32,545 nt of DNA. Origin: Thermodesulfobacteriota bacterium (lineage in GTDB: Bacteria > Desulfobacterota > Desulfobulbia > Desulfobulbales > Desulfurivibrionaceae). Positions 1 through 8,350 of the stretch are shown in pieces (the stretch's first letter is position 1; each line of letters starts with the position of its first letter). A model generated the notes under the pieces. The model was not told the DNA's origin. It saw only the letters and a list, made by a program, of their open reading frames with translations, and searched no databases. The position numbers and the translations under genes were made by a program. Location: contig JBFLYY010000097.1 in the NCBI GenBank assembly GCA_040756495.1, positions 1 to 32,545 on the forward strand, written 5' to 3'.

Positions 1-102
1 CCACTCCCTCTAATTCACCGCCCTTTTTTTGTCAACAGAAAAAGGCGCGGCGGCACGGAATGGCCGGCATGGCCGAACCGGGCGGAATCGGGCGAAATAT
101 GG

Positions 103-131
103 TTGACCCGTGCCGGGCGATCATTTACCAT
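103..131 (+). promoter_or_regulatory. sigma70-like promoter candidate (TTGACC-17 nt-TACCAT) upstream of the 170..532 CDS
   Basis: TTGACC at 103..108, 17-nt spacer, TACCAT at 126..131. It lies about 40 nt upstream of the ATG at 170. Sequence pattern only. Confidence 0.3.
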
Positions 132-169
132 GGCCTTTCCCCACCCACCCCAGCGGCTGGAGCACCACC

Positions 170-532
170 ATGGCGCAGAAGAGCGACAAAACCAAGGCGA
201 AAAAACTCACTCCCGAACTCGCGGCCCGGAAATCGGAAGAGGCGATGATCGGCGGCATCATCGAGGGCAGCCCCGACGCCGTGGGCGTGGCGGTGATCCG
301 TCTCGACTGCGGCTGCCGGAAGATGGCGGCGGTGGACAAGGAGGGCGAGCCGGCCAGCAAGGTCATCATCTACCGCGACGAGGCGCTTTCCATCTGCGAC
401 CAGTGCAAGGCGGACAACGGCGCCTACGCCCGGGTGACCGAGCAGTTCATCCACTGGGAAAAGGGCGACCTTCCCGAGGCCACCAAGGCGAGGATCATCG
501 CCAAGGTTCTCGGCACCACCACCTGCCACTGA
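170..532 (+). CDS. hypothetical small protein with CxC...CxxC cysteines
   Basis: ORF 110..532 trimmed to the ATG at 170 (MAQKSDKTK...), which has GGAG 7 nt upstream. Codon usage is GC3-biased like its neighbours. Cys pattern is LDCGC...CDQC. No family recognised. Confidence 0.6.
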   Translation: MAQKSDKTKAKKLTPELAARKSEEAMIGGIIEGSPDAVGVAVIRLDCGCRKMAAVDKEGEPASKVIIYRDEALSICDQCKADNGAYARVTEQFIHWEKGDLPEATKARIIAKVLGTTTCH

Positions 533-563
533 ACCTCGGCCAGGCAGCAGGCCGTTCGCCTGT

Positions 564-1049
564 CTATTTCGTGCAGGGGCCGAGATACCTGCCGGTGGTC
601 TTCATCTCCTGCCTCGTGGAGTAGCCGCCCCCCTGGGAGGTCATGACCATCTTGCTCTGCATGGCGTTGCCGCTGTAGGTGGCGGTGCCGTCGCCGGTCA
701 TCCGCACATCCTTCTCGGTGCAGACCACGCTCCAGTTGACCGTATTGCCGCGGCGTTCCATCCTGGTCACCTTGCAGTTCCTGGCCTGCTCATCCGCCGG
801 CACCAGATCCTGATTGGTGATGCACTTGGTCACGGTGGTCCGCATGGTGTTGCCCTTGGTGGACATGGTCATGCCCTCCGGCAGCTTCACCCCTGGCGGC
901 AGCTCGGGCATCTTGGGCATGCCCGCCACCTCCATCTCGGTGGTGAACTCCCACTTGCCCTCCCTGATCGAGTCGGCCGCGCCGGCTGCGCCAGCGCAAC
1001 ACAACACCACCGCACACCCCACCCCACAAGACCATCCTGTCCGTTTCAT
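564..1049 (-). CDS. DUF3617-like secreted protein or lipoprotein
   Basis: N-terminal signal peptide (MKRTGWSCGVGCAVVLCCAGAAGAAD). Followed by GKWEF..., Met/Thr/Gly-rich repeats and spaced Cys residues typical of DUF3617 as I recall the family. Confidence 0.7.
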   Translation of the reverse strand: MKRTGWSCGVGCAVVLCCAGAAGAADSIREGKWEFTTEMEVAGMPKMPELPPGVKLPEGMTMSTKGNTMRTTVTKCITNQDLVPADEQARNCKVTRMERRGNTVNWSVVCTEKDVRMTGDGTATYSGNAMQSKMVMTSQGGGYSTRQEMKTTGRYLGPCTK

Positions 1050-1292
1050 CTTCCCTCCCGCGCCTCATGTTTGCCTGCACCAGCCGACAGGATGCCGGCC
1101 GCGATACTCCATAGGGTGGCAAGGGCTCCCCCTTTTGTCAAGCCGAAGAATGGACCGCGCCATCAGCCGCGGCTGGCGCGGAATTGCCGCGCCTTTGCCA
1201 CCAGGAATCGAACGACAATCGACAGGCAGCGCACCCAGTGGCCAAAGCCGACCACCGCAAAGAGACAACAAGGGGTGGCCGCGATGTGACCG

Positions 1293-2486
1293 TCAGGAGG
1301 AAAGAAAGCCAAAAACCTTTCCCTTGGGCATCTCCTTCACGCGGCGGAAAAATTCCGTCTCCGTAATCTGAGTCGGCCAGTCGAGGTTGATGGAAAGCAG
1401 AAACCCGGCTGCGTCCGGCAAACGCCTGGCGCCGATGGCCTGCAGTTCAATCAGGTAGGAAAGGTCACGAACAAGGGCCTTATGGGGGTTCTTGACCGTA
1501 TAAAAATGAGCGGTACGCCGAGCGAGTTCGCCAAAAGTCAGCTCGCCCGCGTCAAGCATCAGATTCAGCACCTGAACGTGACGGGCCGACATAACCCGCT
1601 TGCGCGGTGATTCCAGACGACCGAAAAGGTCGGTCATCGTGTTGCGGAAAAGCGCCTTGGCCACATGCAGACGGATTTCCGCGAAAAGACGACGGCATTG
1701 ACTCTCGATTCCTTTCAGGCCAAACCGGAGAAAGGGCGTCAAATCGTGCCCAGCCGCACCGGCGGCATTGAGAGCGTTGAGATATTCGATCTTCTGCTCG
1801 TAGTAATAATTCGACATGGCGATGAAAAGCGTGTCACGCAATCCAACGCGTTGGAGCACAAGTGCCTCGAGCGCCCGGGCGGTACGGCCGTTGCCGTCAA
1901 GAAAGGGATGCATCGCCGCGAAGTGATAATGAATGGCCAGCGCCTGAACCAACGGGTCGTGCTCCCTGAAGACGGTGCGAGCCGCCTCGCAAAGCTGGCG
2001 AAAGGCATCGGCACACTCCTTTCCTCCCTCGGCACCGCGATGGCGCGGGGCACCAAAGGTTACGTTCTGGTCACGGCCACGAAGCCGTCCGGGGATGCAA
2101 TGATCGTCGTCGCAGTCGATCACAAGACGACGGTGGATATCGCGAATGAGGGTGTCATCCAGCGGTCGGTCGGCCGGCAACAGGGCGATCCAACGATACG
2201 TGGCAACGGCGGCAGCAGCCTGTTTCTGGGAACGTGTCTCCAATTGCTCGGGCGACTCACGCAGAGCGGCGTCCAGTTCCCGTTCCGTAAATTCGGCCCC
2301 CTCGATGCGCGATGTACCCGCCACTTCGCGCTTGAGCTGAATACGTTGCAACTCCTCGGCCCAACTCCGTTGATAGGGAATCTGCGTCAACGCCATCATG
2401 GCCGCCTTCGCCCCCATCAATTCCTGAAGAATGGCCATCGGATCGTAAGCAATCCAATGACGCGGGATTTTATAACGAAGAATCAT
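1293..2486 (-). CDS. Fic family protein (AMPylase type) with intramolecular inhibitory motif
   Basis: Complete Fic motif HPFLDGNGRTAR. N-terminal TSRIEG matches the (S/T)xxxE(G/N) inhibitory helix. The track ORF starts at a GTG (2492); the ATG at 2486 (MILRYK...) is preferred. GC3 is visibly lower than in neighbouring genes. Confidence 0.9.
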   Translation of the reverse strand: MILRYKIPRHWIAYDPMAILQELMGAKAAMMALTQIPYQRSWAEELQRIQLKREVAGTSRIEGAEFTERELDAALRESPEQLETRSQKQAAAAVATYRWIALLPADRPLDDTLIRDIHRRLVIDCDDDHCIPGRLRGRDQNVTFGAPRHRGAEGGKECADAFRQLCEAARTVFREHDPLVQALAIHYHFAAMHPFLDGNGRTARALEALVLQRVGLRDTLFIAMSNYYYEQKIEYLNALNAAGAAGHDLTPFLRFGLKGIESQCRRLFAEIRLHVAKALFRNTMTDLFGRLESPRKRVMSARHVQVLNLMLDAGELTFGELARRTAHFYTVKNPHKALVRDLSYLIELQAIGARRLPDAAGFLLSINLDWPTQITETEFFRRVKEMPKGKVFGFLSS

Positions 2487-2536
2487 GGCCACATGAAATC
2501 AAAGTTCATTTCCGATGTCAAGGACGACGAATCAAA

Positions 2537-2554
2537 AAAATAATATATTATTTT
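2537..2554. promoter_or_regulatory. perfect 18-bp AT palindrome AAAATAATATATTATTTT upstream of fic
   Basis: Self-complementary as read from the sequence. It sits 51-68 nt upstream of the fic ATG, inside an AT-rich spacer of about 260 bp (2493..2751). Confidence 0.3.
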
Positions 2555-2751
2555 CTGCAAGTTACAACAGAAGAAGAACGATTTACCGTACTGATATTTC
2601 CCTATTCGTTTCCGCTCTGTTTCCGAATTCTGTTTTTTTACAATTCAATGTGTTTCAAAGAAAATATCAGGGGGTCTGCCGACAGAACATCTCAAAAACT
2701 TGACTGGGTCGCGAGAGCATTTCTCGACCGCCAACAACCACCTCCCACCAT

Positions 2752-4155
2752 TCACGCCAGGCCCTGGTCTCGCCTGAACGCTCTTGCCCTGGCCACCAGG
2801 GCCGGCGCCCACTGCGGGGTGCCGATGGCATGGATGTGGGTGTAGAGGGCGAGCACGTTCTTATGGACCAGGCCGTCGCGGCCGGCCAGGAACCCCACGC
2901 CCCGCTCCATGCGCAGCGCGAGCCGGCCAATGTCGCCGCCGTAGTGTTCCACCCGGCTGTAACGGAACTCATGGCCTTTGATGGTCTCGCCTCTCTGGTA
3001 GAAGGGGTTGTCGCCCTCGGCGACCAGCACCGTGTAGCCGTGGGCCTGGGGTTTGCGCTGGAGGGAGAAATGGATGGGAAAGAGCCCCACCAGCGGATAC
3101 TCGACACCGTCGAGGGTCAATCGCTCGCCGAGGTAGATGAGACCGCCGCACTCGGCATAGATGGGCAGCCCCCTCTCCGCCGCCTCCCTGATGGAGGCAC
3201 GGAAGCCGACGTTCGCCGCAAGTTCCCGGGCCGAGGTCTCGGGAAAGCCGCCGCCGATGTAGAGGCCGTCGATCTCGGGCAGCCGTTCGGCAGTGAGGGC
3301 ATTGATCGGTACCAATTCGGCGCCGGCCGCCGCGAGGGCCTCCAGGTTCTCGGCATAGTAGAACTGGAAGGCGGCATCCTTGAGGTAGCCGAGGCGCACC
3401 GGCGGGCCAGCCTCGGTCGCGGGCATGGCCAGAGGCTGCGCCGGTGGCTGCACCTCGGCCATCAACTCCTTGATCCGCTCGATATCGAGATATTGGCTGG
3501 TCCGCTCCGCCAGGGTTGCCAAGGCCGTATCGGCGGCCCCATGCTCCGGGGTGGGGGTGACGCCGAGATGGCGCTGGGGAAAGACGTCGTGGCGCGAGCG
3601 GGGAATGGCGCCCACCACCGGAATCCCGGTATAGCGCTCCACCGCCTCGCGCACCAGGGCCTCATGGCGGCTGGTGCCCACCCGGTTCAGAACCACGCCG
3701 GCAATGCGGACCTCGCGGTCCAGCTCCCGGCAGCCGAGAACCAGGGCGGCCACGGTGCGGGTGGTCTTGGTGCAGTCCACCACGAGAAGCACCGGCAGAT
3801 CGAGGAGTTTCGCCAGTTCCGCCGTGCTGCAGCGCCCCTCCACATCGACCCCGTCGTAGAGGCCGCGGTTGCCCTCCACCAGCACCACCTCGGCGCCCGG
3901 CACATGGTCGGCAAAAGAGGCCAGCAGCGCCTCGGACGCCATGAGGTAGGGGTCGAGGTTGTAGCAGGGGCGGCCGGCAGCCAGGGCCAGCCAGCCGGCG
4001 TCGATGTAATCGGGCCCCTTCTTGAAGGGGGCGACCTTCAGCCCTTGGCGGGTGAGGGCCGCAGCGAGCCCTACCGCCACGACGCTCTTGCCCGAGCCGC
4101 CGCTCATGCCCGCCACTACCAGACCTTTTCCCTTGCCGCCTTGCTCCACCGTCAT
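2752..4155 (-). CDS. dsrN: cobyrinic acid a,c-diamide synthase family amidase; probable DsrN (siroheme amidase) by context
   Basis: N-terminal P-loop (GMSGGSGKS), KGPDYID, and a C-terminal glutamine amidotransferase region with YAECGGLIYLG. Start set at M41 (MTVEQGGKGKGLVVAG), the usual distance from the P-loop. The longer ORF would run into the AT-rich promoter region. The CbiA-family call is high confidence; the DsrN assignment rests only on proximity to dsrABD. Confidence 0.85.
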   Translation of the reverse strand: MTVEQGGKGKGLVVAGMSGGSGKSVVAVGLAAALTRQGLKVAPFKKGPDYIDAGWLALAAGRPCYNLDPYLMASEALLASFADHVPGAEVVLVEGNRGLYDGVDVEGRCSTAELAKLLDLPVLLVVDCTKTTRTVAALVLGCRELDREVRIAGVVLNRVGTSRHEALVREAVERYTGIPVVGAIPRSRHDVFPQRHLGVTPTPEHGAADTALATLAERTSQYLDIERIKELMAEVQPPAQPLAMPATEAGPPVRLGYLKDAAFQFYYAENLEALAAAGAELVPINALTAERLPEIDGLYIGGGFPETSARELAANVGFRASIREAAERGLPIYAECGGLIYLGERLTLDGVEYPLVGLFPIHFSLQRKPQAHGYTVLVAEGDNPFYQRGETIKGHEFRYSRVEHYGGDIGRLALRMERGVGFLAGRDGLVHKNVLALYTHIHAIGTPQWAPALVARARAFRRDQGLA

Positions 4156-4234
4156 CCCTCGTCGCGATTCCTCTGTTGGGCCAGCCCAGGCGAGCGGCCC
4201 TACTGGGGAGGTACACGACCGTCCCCAAAATTTC

Positions 4235-4256
4235 CATGGTTTTTTAGCAAACCATG
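4235..4256. promoter_or_regulatory. palindrome CATGGTTT-N6-AAACCATG in the dsrN / TPR-operon divergent region
   Basis: 8-bp perfect inverted arms (4235..4242 and 4249..4256) around a 6-nt spacer. About 80-100 nt upstream of the dsrN start and about 32 nt upstream of the -35 of the plus-strand promoter candidate. Confidence 0.3.
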
Positions 4257-4287
4257 AAATTTTATTTTGCACCATATTTCAAAGACT

Positions 4288-4316
4288 TTGACGCAAACAC
4301 TCCCGTATGGTAGGAT
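4288..4316 (+). promoter_or_regulatory. sigma70-like promoter candidate (TTGACG-17 nt-TAGGAT) for the TPR/HEAT/TPR operon
   Basis: TTGACG at 4288..4293, 17-nt spacer, TAGGAT at 4311..4316. This implies a leader of about 117 nt that contains a 7-bp hairpin (GTGCTTA / TAAGCAC, 4346..4364). Confidence 0.4.
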
Positions 4317-4439
4317 GCCACGCCGCCTTGCCAAGGGCCGCCCGAGTGCTTACTGAATAAGCACCCCGACTGTGAATCCTGCGCGCGATGGGTAACCTTC
4401 GTCGCCCAACGCGCACCACACCATAATGAGGATGCCATC

Positions 4440-5075
4440 ATGTCCAACCGGAAAAACTCCACGGAGGATCTCAGCGCCGTCATCCAGGAACTGGAAAAAA
4501 AGTGCGAGGAGATGCCCAACAACGTCATCGCCCATCACCACCTGGCCCTGGTGTACCGCAAGGCCGGCCGCATCCAGGACGCCCTGCGCGAACTCCACAA
4601 ATGCCTGGAACTGGACGACCACTCCATCGAGGCATACATCAACCTGGGTGCCTTCTACTTCGAACAAGGGGAACTCGACAAGGCCCTGGCCGTCAACCAG
4701 AAGGCCGTCGCGGTGCTCCCCACCCTGGCCCAGGCCCATGCCAACATCGGCCTGATCCGGCAGCAGAAGGGCGAGGCGGACAAGGCCGTTGCCGCCTACC
4801 AGCAGGCCGTGCAGCACGACCCCAAGATGGTCACCGCCTGGGTCAACATGGCCACCGCCCACATCATGGCCGGCGATTTCGATCTCGCCGCCAGGGCCGC
4901 CAAGGAGGGAATCAAACTCGACCCCGACTTCGGCATGGCCCACAACAACCTCGCCGTGGCCCTCTTCTACCAGGAGCAGCCCAAGGAGGCCATGGCAGCG
5001 GCGGAAAAGGCGAAAGCCCTCGGCTATCCGGTCGATCCCCGCTTCATCGAGGCGATCCGGCAAGCGCTCGCATGA
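4440..5075 (+). CDS. TPR repeat protein
   Basis: Several 34-aa TPR-like units (for example AHHHLALVYRKAGRIQDALRELHKCLELDD and AYINLGAFYFEQGELDKALAVNQKAV). GAGGA lies 7 nt upstream of the ATG. The stop overlaps the next start (ATGA). Confidence 0.85.
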   Translation: MSNRKNSTEDLSAVIQELEKKCEEMPNNVIAHHHLALVYRKAGRIQDALRELHKCLELDDHSIEAYINLGAFYFEQGELDKALAVNQKAVAVLPTLAQAHANIGLIRQQKGEADKAVAAYQQAVQHDPKMVTAWVNMATAHIMAGDFDLAARAAKEGIKLDPDFGMAHNNLAVALFYQEQPKEAMAAAEKAKALGYPVDPRFIEAIRQALA

Positions 5076-6202
5076 AAAAGCCCGAACTCAAGATGGCGCC
5101 GTGGTGCCCCTTCTGCGGGCAGACCGTCGGCCGGCCGCAGCCGCCGGTCCAGCGCAAGCTCGGCGAGTTCACCGTCGGCACCTGCCAGTGCGGGGCGATC
5201 TACACCTGCGACCCCACCGGCTACAACGTAGGCGCCGCCATGGTGGAGGCCCTGGTCTATGCCTGCAACGACGACTGGGATCTCGCCTGGGAACTGGAAC
5301 CGGAAAAGGACTACCTCACCGGCCGTATCGAGAACTACGACGAACAGACCCATCAGGTGCTCGATCAGAAGCACATCGACGGCCGCTATGTCCGCGGCGT
5401 CCTCTACTTTGTCCGCCTGCACAAGGAGGTTGGCGAAATCGCCGAACGTTTCGCCGCCAAGCGGCAGGGAATGGCGCAGCCGACCGGGAAGGCGAGCGAC
5501 CTGCCGGCCATGGAACCGGAGCGCGACCCGAAACGGATGCGGCAGAAGGCCAGCAAGACCAAGGTGCGCGAACTGGTGGCGGCCGGCGATCTCGACGGCC
5601 TCGTCGATCTGGTCTTCGACGACGTCAAGACCCTGTGGCACATGCAGCGGCTGCTCTACGATCCGGACGAGGCCAAGCGCTGGCAGGTTGCCCACCTCAT
5701 TGGCCAGGTCTGCGCCCGCTTCTCCACCCGGCAGCCCGGACCGGTGAGCGACCTCCTGCACCGCCTCTTCGAGGCGAGCACCGACTCCGCCGCCACCCAC
5801 TGGGGGCTCGTCGAGACCATCGGCAGCATCGTCGCCGGCCGGCCCGACATCTTCGGCGCCTTTGCCCGCCACCTGCTCCGCTACCTCGACCACCCGACCA
5901 ACCGGAATCAGGTGCTGTGGGCCCTGGGGACCGTTGCCGAGAAACGACCCGATCTCATCCGCAACACCCCATTCTACCAGCTCTTTTCCTTCCTCGACTC
6001 GCCGGACCCGGTGGCCAGGGCGCTTACGATCCGGCTCATGGGGCGCATCCGGGCCACCGAGGTGGAGTTGCGCATCGCAGCCCTTGCCGATCTTGATACG
6101 CCGGTCACCATCTATGAAAACGGCCAGCCAGTGGCAACCACCATCGGTGATCTCTGTCGCCAGGCCCTCGGCCTCATCCGCCCCGGAGAAACATCATCAT
6201 GA
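5072..6202 (+). CDS. hypothetical protein: N-terminal Cys4 zinc-ribbon-like motif plus C-terminal HEAT/ARM-like helical repeats
   Basis: In-frame ATG at 5072 inside track ORF 4502..6202 (MKKPELKMAPWCPFCGQ...CQCG). It forms an ATGA overlap with the upstream TPR stop. The C-terminal half is made of helical repeats (HEAT-like by eye). No confident family name. Confidence 0.8.
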   Translation: MKKPELKMAPWCPFCGQTVGRPQPPVQRKLGEFTVGTCQCGAIYTCDPTGYNVGAAMVEALVYACNDDWDLAWELEPEKDYLTGRIENYDEQTHQVLDQKHIDGRYVRGVLYFVRLHKEVGEIAERFAAKRQGMAQPTGKASDLPAMEPERDPKRMRQKASKTKVRELVAAGDLDGLVDLVFDDVKTLWHMQRLLYDPDEAKRWQVAHLIGQVCARFSTRQPGPVSDLLHRLFEASTDSAATHWGLVETIGSIVAGRPDIFGAFARHLLRYLDHPTNRNQVLWALGTVAEKRPDLIRNTPFYQLFSFLDSPDPVARALTIRLMGRIRATEVELRIAALADLDTPVTIYENGQPVATTIGDLCRQALGLIRPGETSS

Positions 6203-6774
6203 ACGAACTGAACACCGCCCCCCAGGAACCCGCAGTAAAGAGCCAGGCCCAACTCGACCTTGAGGAGGGCATCCGTTTCCTCAAAAATGAGGATGTCGCC
6301 CAGGCAGCCAGCGCCTTCCATAACGCGCTGCGCGGCTTTGAGGAGGAAAAGAACGACAAGGGAATCGCCAACGCCTCGGACCGGCTCGGCGACATCTGCT
6401 TCGAACGGGGCGATTTTCCCCAGGCGCTGAACCACTTCAACCGCGCCTTTGCCATCGCCGCAGCCCCGGGCGACGAACTGAGCATGACCTACCTCAAGCG
6501 CAAGCTCGCCCGCACCCACCGCGGCCTCAAGCAGTACAGCGAGGCCATGGCCATCTATGCCGATCTGCTCGACGTCTACCGCGACTTCAACAACCCCGGC
6601 GGCACGGTCCAGGTCTTCGAGGAGATGGCGGAGATGTATCTCGACATGGGCGAGCGGAGCAAGGCGGCCGACGCCTACCGCACCGCAGCCAACATCCACC
6701 AGAACTTCAAGCACAGCCGTCATGCCGAGGCCCTGATCCAGAAGGCCAAGGCCGCCGAAGAGGGCGCCATCTAG
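6199..6774 (+). CDS. TPR-like helical repeat protein
   Basis: The ATG at 6199 overlaps the upstream stop (ATGA). Repeats such as ANASDRLGDICFERGDFPQALNHFNRAF look TPR-like. Confidence 0.8.
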   Translation: MNELNTAPQEPAVKSQAQLDLEEGIRFLKNEDVAQAASAFHNALRGFEEEKNDKGIANASDRLGDICFERGDFPQALNHFNRAFAIAAAPGDELSMTYLKRKLARTHRGLKQYSEAMAIYADLLDVYRDFNNPGGTVQVFEEMAEMYLDMGERSKAADAYRTAANIHQNFKHSRHAEALIQKAKAAEEGAI

Positions 6775-6834
6775 CAAGCCCCACCCTTACGCCGACGGGC
6801 CTACCCACCATCGGCTTTCCCTGGGAGGCCCAAC

Positions 6835-6870
6835 AAAAAGGGGCGGAAGGTTAACCCTTCCGCCCCTTTT
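6835..6870. terminator. bidirectional rho-independent terminator between the TPR operon and dsrD
   Basis: AAAAAGGGGCGGAAGG-TTAA-CCCTTCCGCCCCTTTT: about 15 bp of GC-rich stem with one bulged C. An A-run precedes it and a T-run follows, so it reads as hairpin plus U-tract on both strands. It lies between convergent stops at 6774 and 6899. Confidence 0.8.
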
Positions 6871-6898
6871 GCTTACGCAACTTCAGCAAGACCGAGAA

Positions 6899-7138
6899 TC
6901 AGGTACCACGACCCTCTTCGTCCTTGGCACGACCCTTGGCAGCGTACATCGTGGTGCTGCCGGAGGACCAGAAGTCCATCTTGCCTTCCTTGACCAGATC
7001 GTTAGCGGCGTTCTTCACGTCGCGCGGCTTGGCATCCGGATCGCAGGCATAGAAATCCTTCACGTACAGCTGGGGCTTCGGGGATTTCAGCGCCTTCTCC
7101 AGGATCGCCGCCTTCAGTTCTTCCTTGCTCATTGCCAT
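6899..7138 (-). CDS. dsrD: DsrD
   Basis: 79-aa product with the DsrD-type winged-helix signature (...KPRDVKNAANDLVKEGKMDFWSSGSTTMY...). It sits 27 nt downstream of dsrB. Confidence 0.92.
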   Translation of the reverse strand: MAMSKEELKAAILEKALKSPKPQLYVKDFYACDPDAKPRDVKNAANDLVKEGKMDFWSSGSTTMYAAKGRAKDEEGRGT

Positions 7139-7165
7139 AACGAAACTCCTTTCATCAGGTTGTTG

Positions 7166-8296
7166 TTACTTGGTATGGCTGGTGAACTTGAACTGGGTGG
7201 TCGTCCGCCAGGTATCGTAGGCCAGGCGGTAATCGTCGATGCTCTTCTCGGTGAACGGAATCTTGGTCAGCTCGAAGAACTTCTCCCAGCCGATCCGCTC
7301 GGCCCACTCGCCAAGGCGCTCGTACTTGTTGGCGTTCTTGGCCCAGGTCTCAAGGATGTTCTTTACTGCGTCAACAACCTCGGGCCAACGCGGCGGTGTA
7401 TTCGGCAGGAAGGGAATGACCAGCTTGGAGAAGGCCGTACCCTTGCGGCTGTTGGACACCTTGCCGCCCACCAGGATGGCGATACCGTCACCATCCGGAT
7501 CGGCCAGCGGCATCGCCGGGCACATGGTGTAGCAGTTACCGCAGAACATGCAGCGCTCGGCGTTGACCTTGACGGACTTGACGTCCTCGCCGGCGGAGTT
7601 CTTCGCGGTATGCGGCTTGACGGCGCCGAGCGGACAGGCGGAGATGGCCAGCGGCAACTCGCAGACGCCGGTGATGGCGTCGTGATCGACCATCGGCGGC
7701 TTACGATGGATGCCGAGGATCGCGATGTCGGAGCAGTGTACGGCACCGCACATGTTGAGGCAGCAGGCCAGAGCGACCTTGCACTTGGCCGGCAGGTCCA
7801 TGCTGGTGAAGTGATCGAACAGGGCGTCCATGACGGCCTTGACCACGCCGGAGGCGTCGGTGGCCGGGGTATGGCAGTGGATCCAGCCCTGGGTGTGGAC
7901 CACGTTGGAGACAGAGGCACCAGTGCCGCCAACCGGGAAGCGGTTGCCACGGCCCTTGAGGTCTTCCAGCAGGGCCTTGGCCTTGGCCTCGGAATCCGTG
8001 ATGAACTCGATGTTGTTGCGGGTGGTCCAGCGGACATGGCCGTCGCAGAACTTGTCGGCGATATCGCAAGTCTCGCGGAGGAACTCCACGGAGAGGAGAC
8101 GGGCGGAACCAACGCGTACGGTGTAGCACTCGGCGCCGGTCTCGCTCACGTGCTTCAGCACGCCGGGAGCGGTGATCTCATGATAGAGCCACTTGCCACG
8201 ATTCTCGTTGATGACTTTCGGCATCATGGCCTCGTAGTGTGGCGGACCGATATCGGTAATCCTGTCCTTCATCGGATTTTGCGGATCGTAACCCAT
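7166..8296 (-). CDS. dsrB: dissimilatory sulfite reductase beta subunit
   Basis: N-terminus [21 protein letters not shown]. Siroheme/Fe-S Cys clusters ([11 protein letters not shown]...[14 protein letters not shown]) and a ferredoxin insert ([12 protein letters not shown]). Confidence 0.97.
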   Translation of the reverse strand: MGYDPQNPMKDRITDIGPPHYEAMMPKVINENRGKWLYHEITAPGVLKHVSETGAECYTVRVGSARLLSVEFLRETCDIADKFCDGHVRWTTRNNIEFITDSEAKAKALLEDLKGRGNRFPVGGTGASVSNVVHTQGWIHCHTPATDASGVVKAVMDALFDHFTSMDLPAKCKVALACCLNMCGAVHCSDIAILGIHRKPPMVDHDAITGVCELPLAISACPLGAVKPHTAKNSAGEDVKSVKVNAERCMFCGNCYTMCPAMPLADPDGDGIAILVGGKVSNSRKGTAFSKLVIPFLPNTPPRWPEVVDAVKNILETWAKNANKYERLGEWAERIGWEKFFELTKIPFTEKSIDDYRLAYDTWRTTTQFKFTSHTK

Positions 8297-8350
8297 GACA
8301 AACCTCCTTATATGATGATAAGTCCTTGTTGTTGTTCAGTGCGGGCCGGA

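Noticed and set aside
1050-1292. TTGACA element (revcomp at about 1135..1140) as the promoter of the DUF3617 gene, and possible hairpins after the fic stop.
   Set aside because: No acceptable -10 hexamer lies at 16-18 nt spacing, and the hairpins are short with large loops and no T-run.
4156-4275. Upstream extensions of several track ORFs: dsrN candidate 4156..4275, dsrA 9626..9667, permease 11817..11858, ComEA-PLD 14213..14260, FGE gene 20741..20860, fic 2487..2492 and aroB 24694..24723.
   Set aside because: The extensions lack an RBS, often begin with GTG or TTG, and run into promoter-like or AT-rich DNA. They add residues not seen at the N-termini of the respective families. Internal starts with Shine-Dalgarno sequences were preferred.
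4156-4290. Possible cobalamin riboswitch upstream of the CbiA-family gene.
   Set aside because: I could not find a B12-box-like element or the characteristic multi-stem arrangement on the minus strand. Its absence is mildly consistent with a DsrN rather than a cobalamin-pathway role, but an eye scan is not decisive; a covariance-model search would settle it.
4502-5071. N-terminal 190 codons of track ORF 4502..6202, which would give a 566-aa protein.
   Set aside because: This part overlaps the TPR gene in another frame and translates to Arg/Gly/Pro-rich sequence. The ATG at 5072 forms an ATGA coupling with the TPR stop and opens the zinc-ribbon motif.
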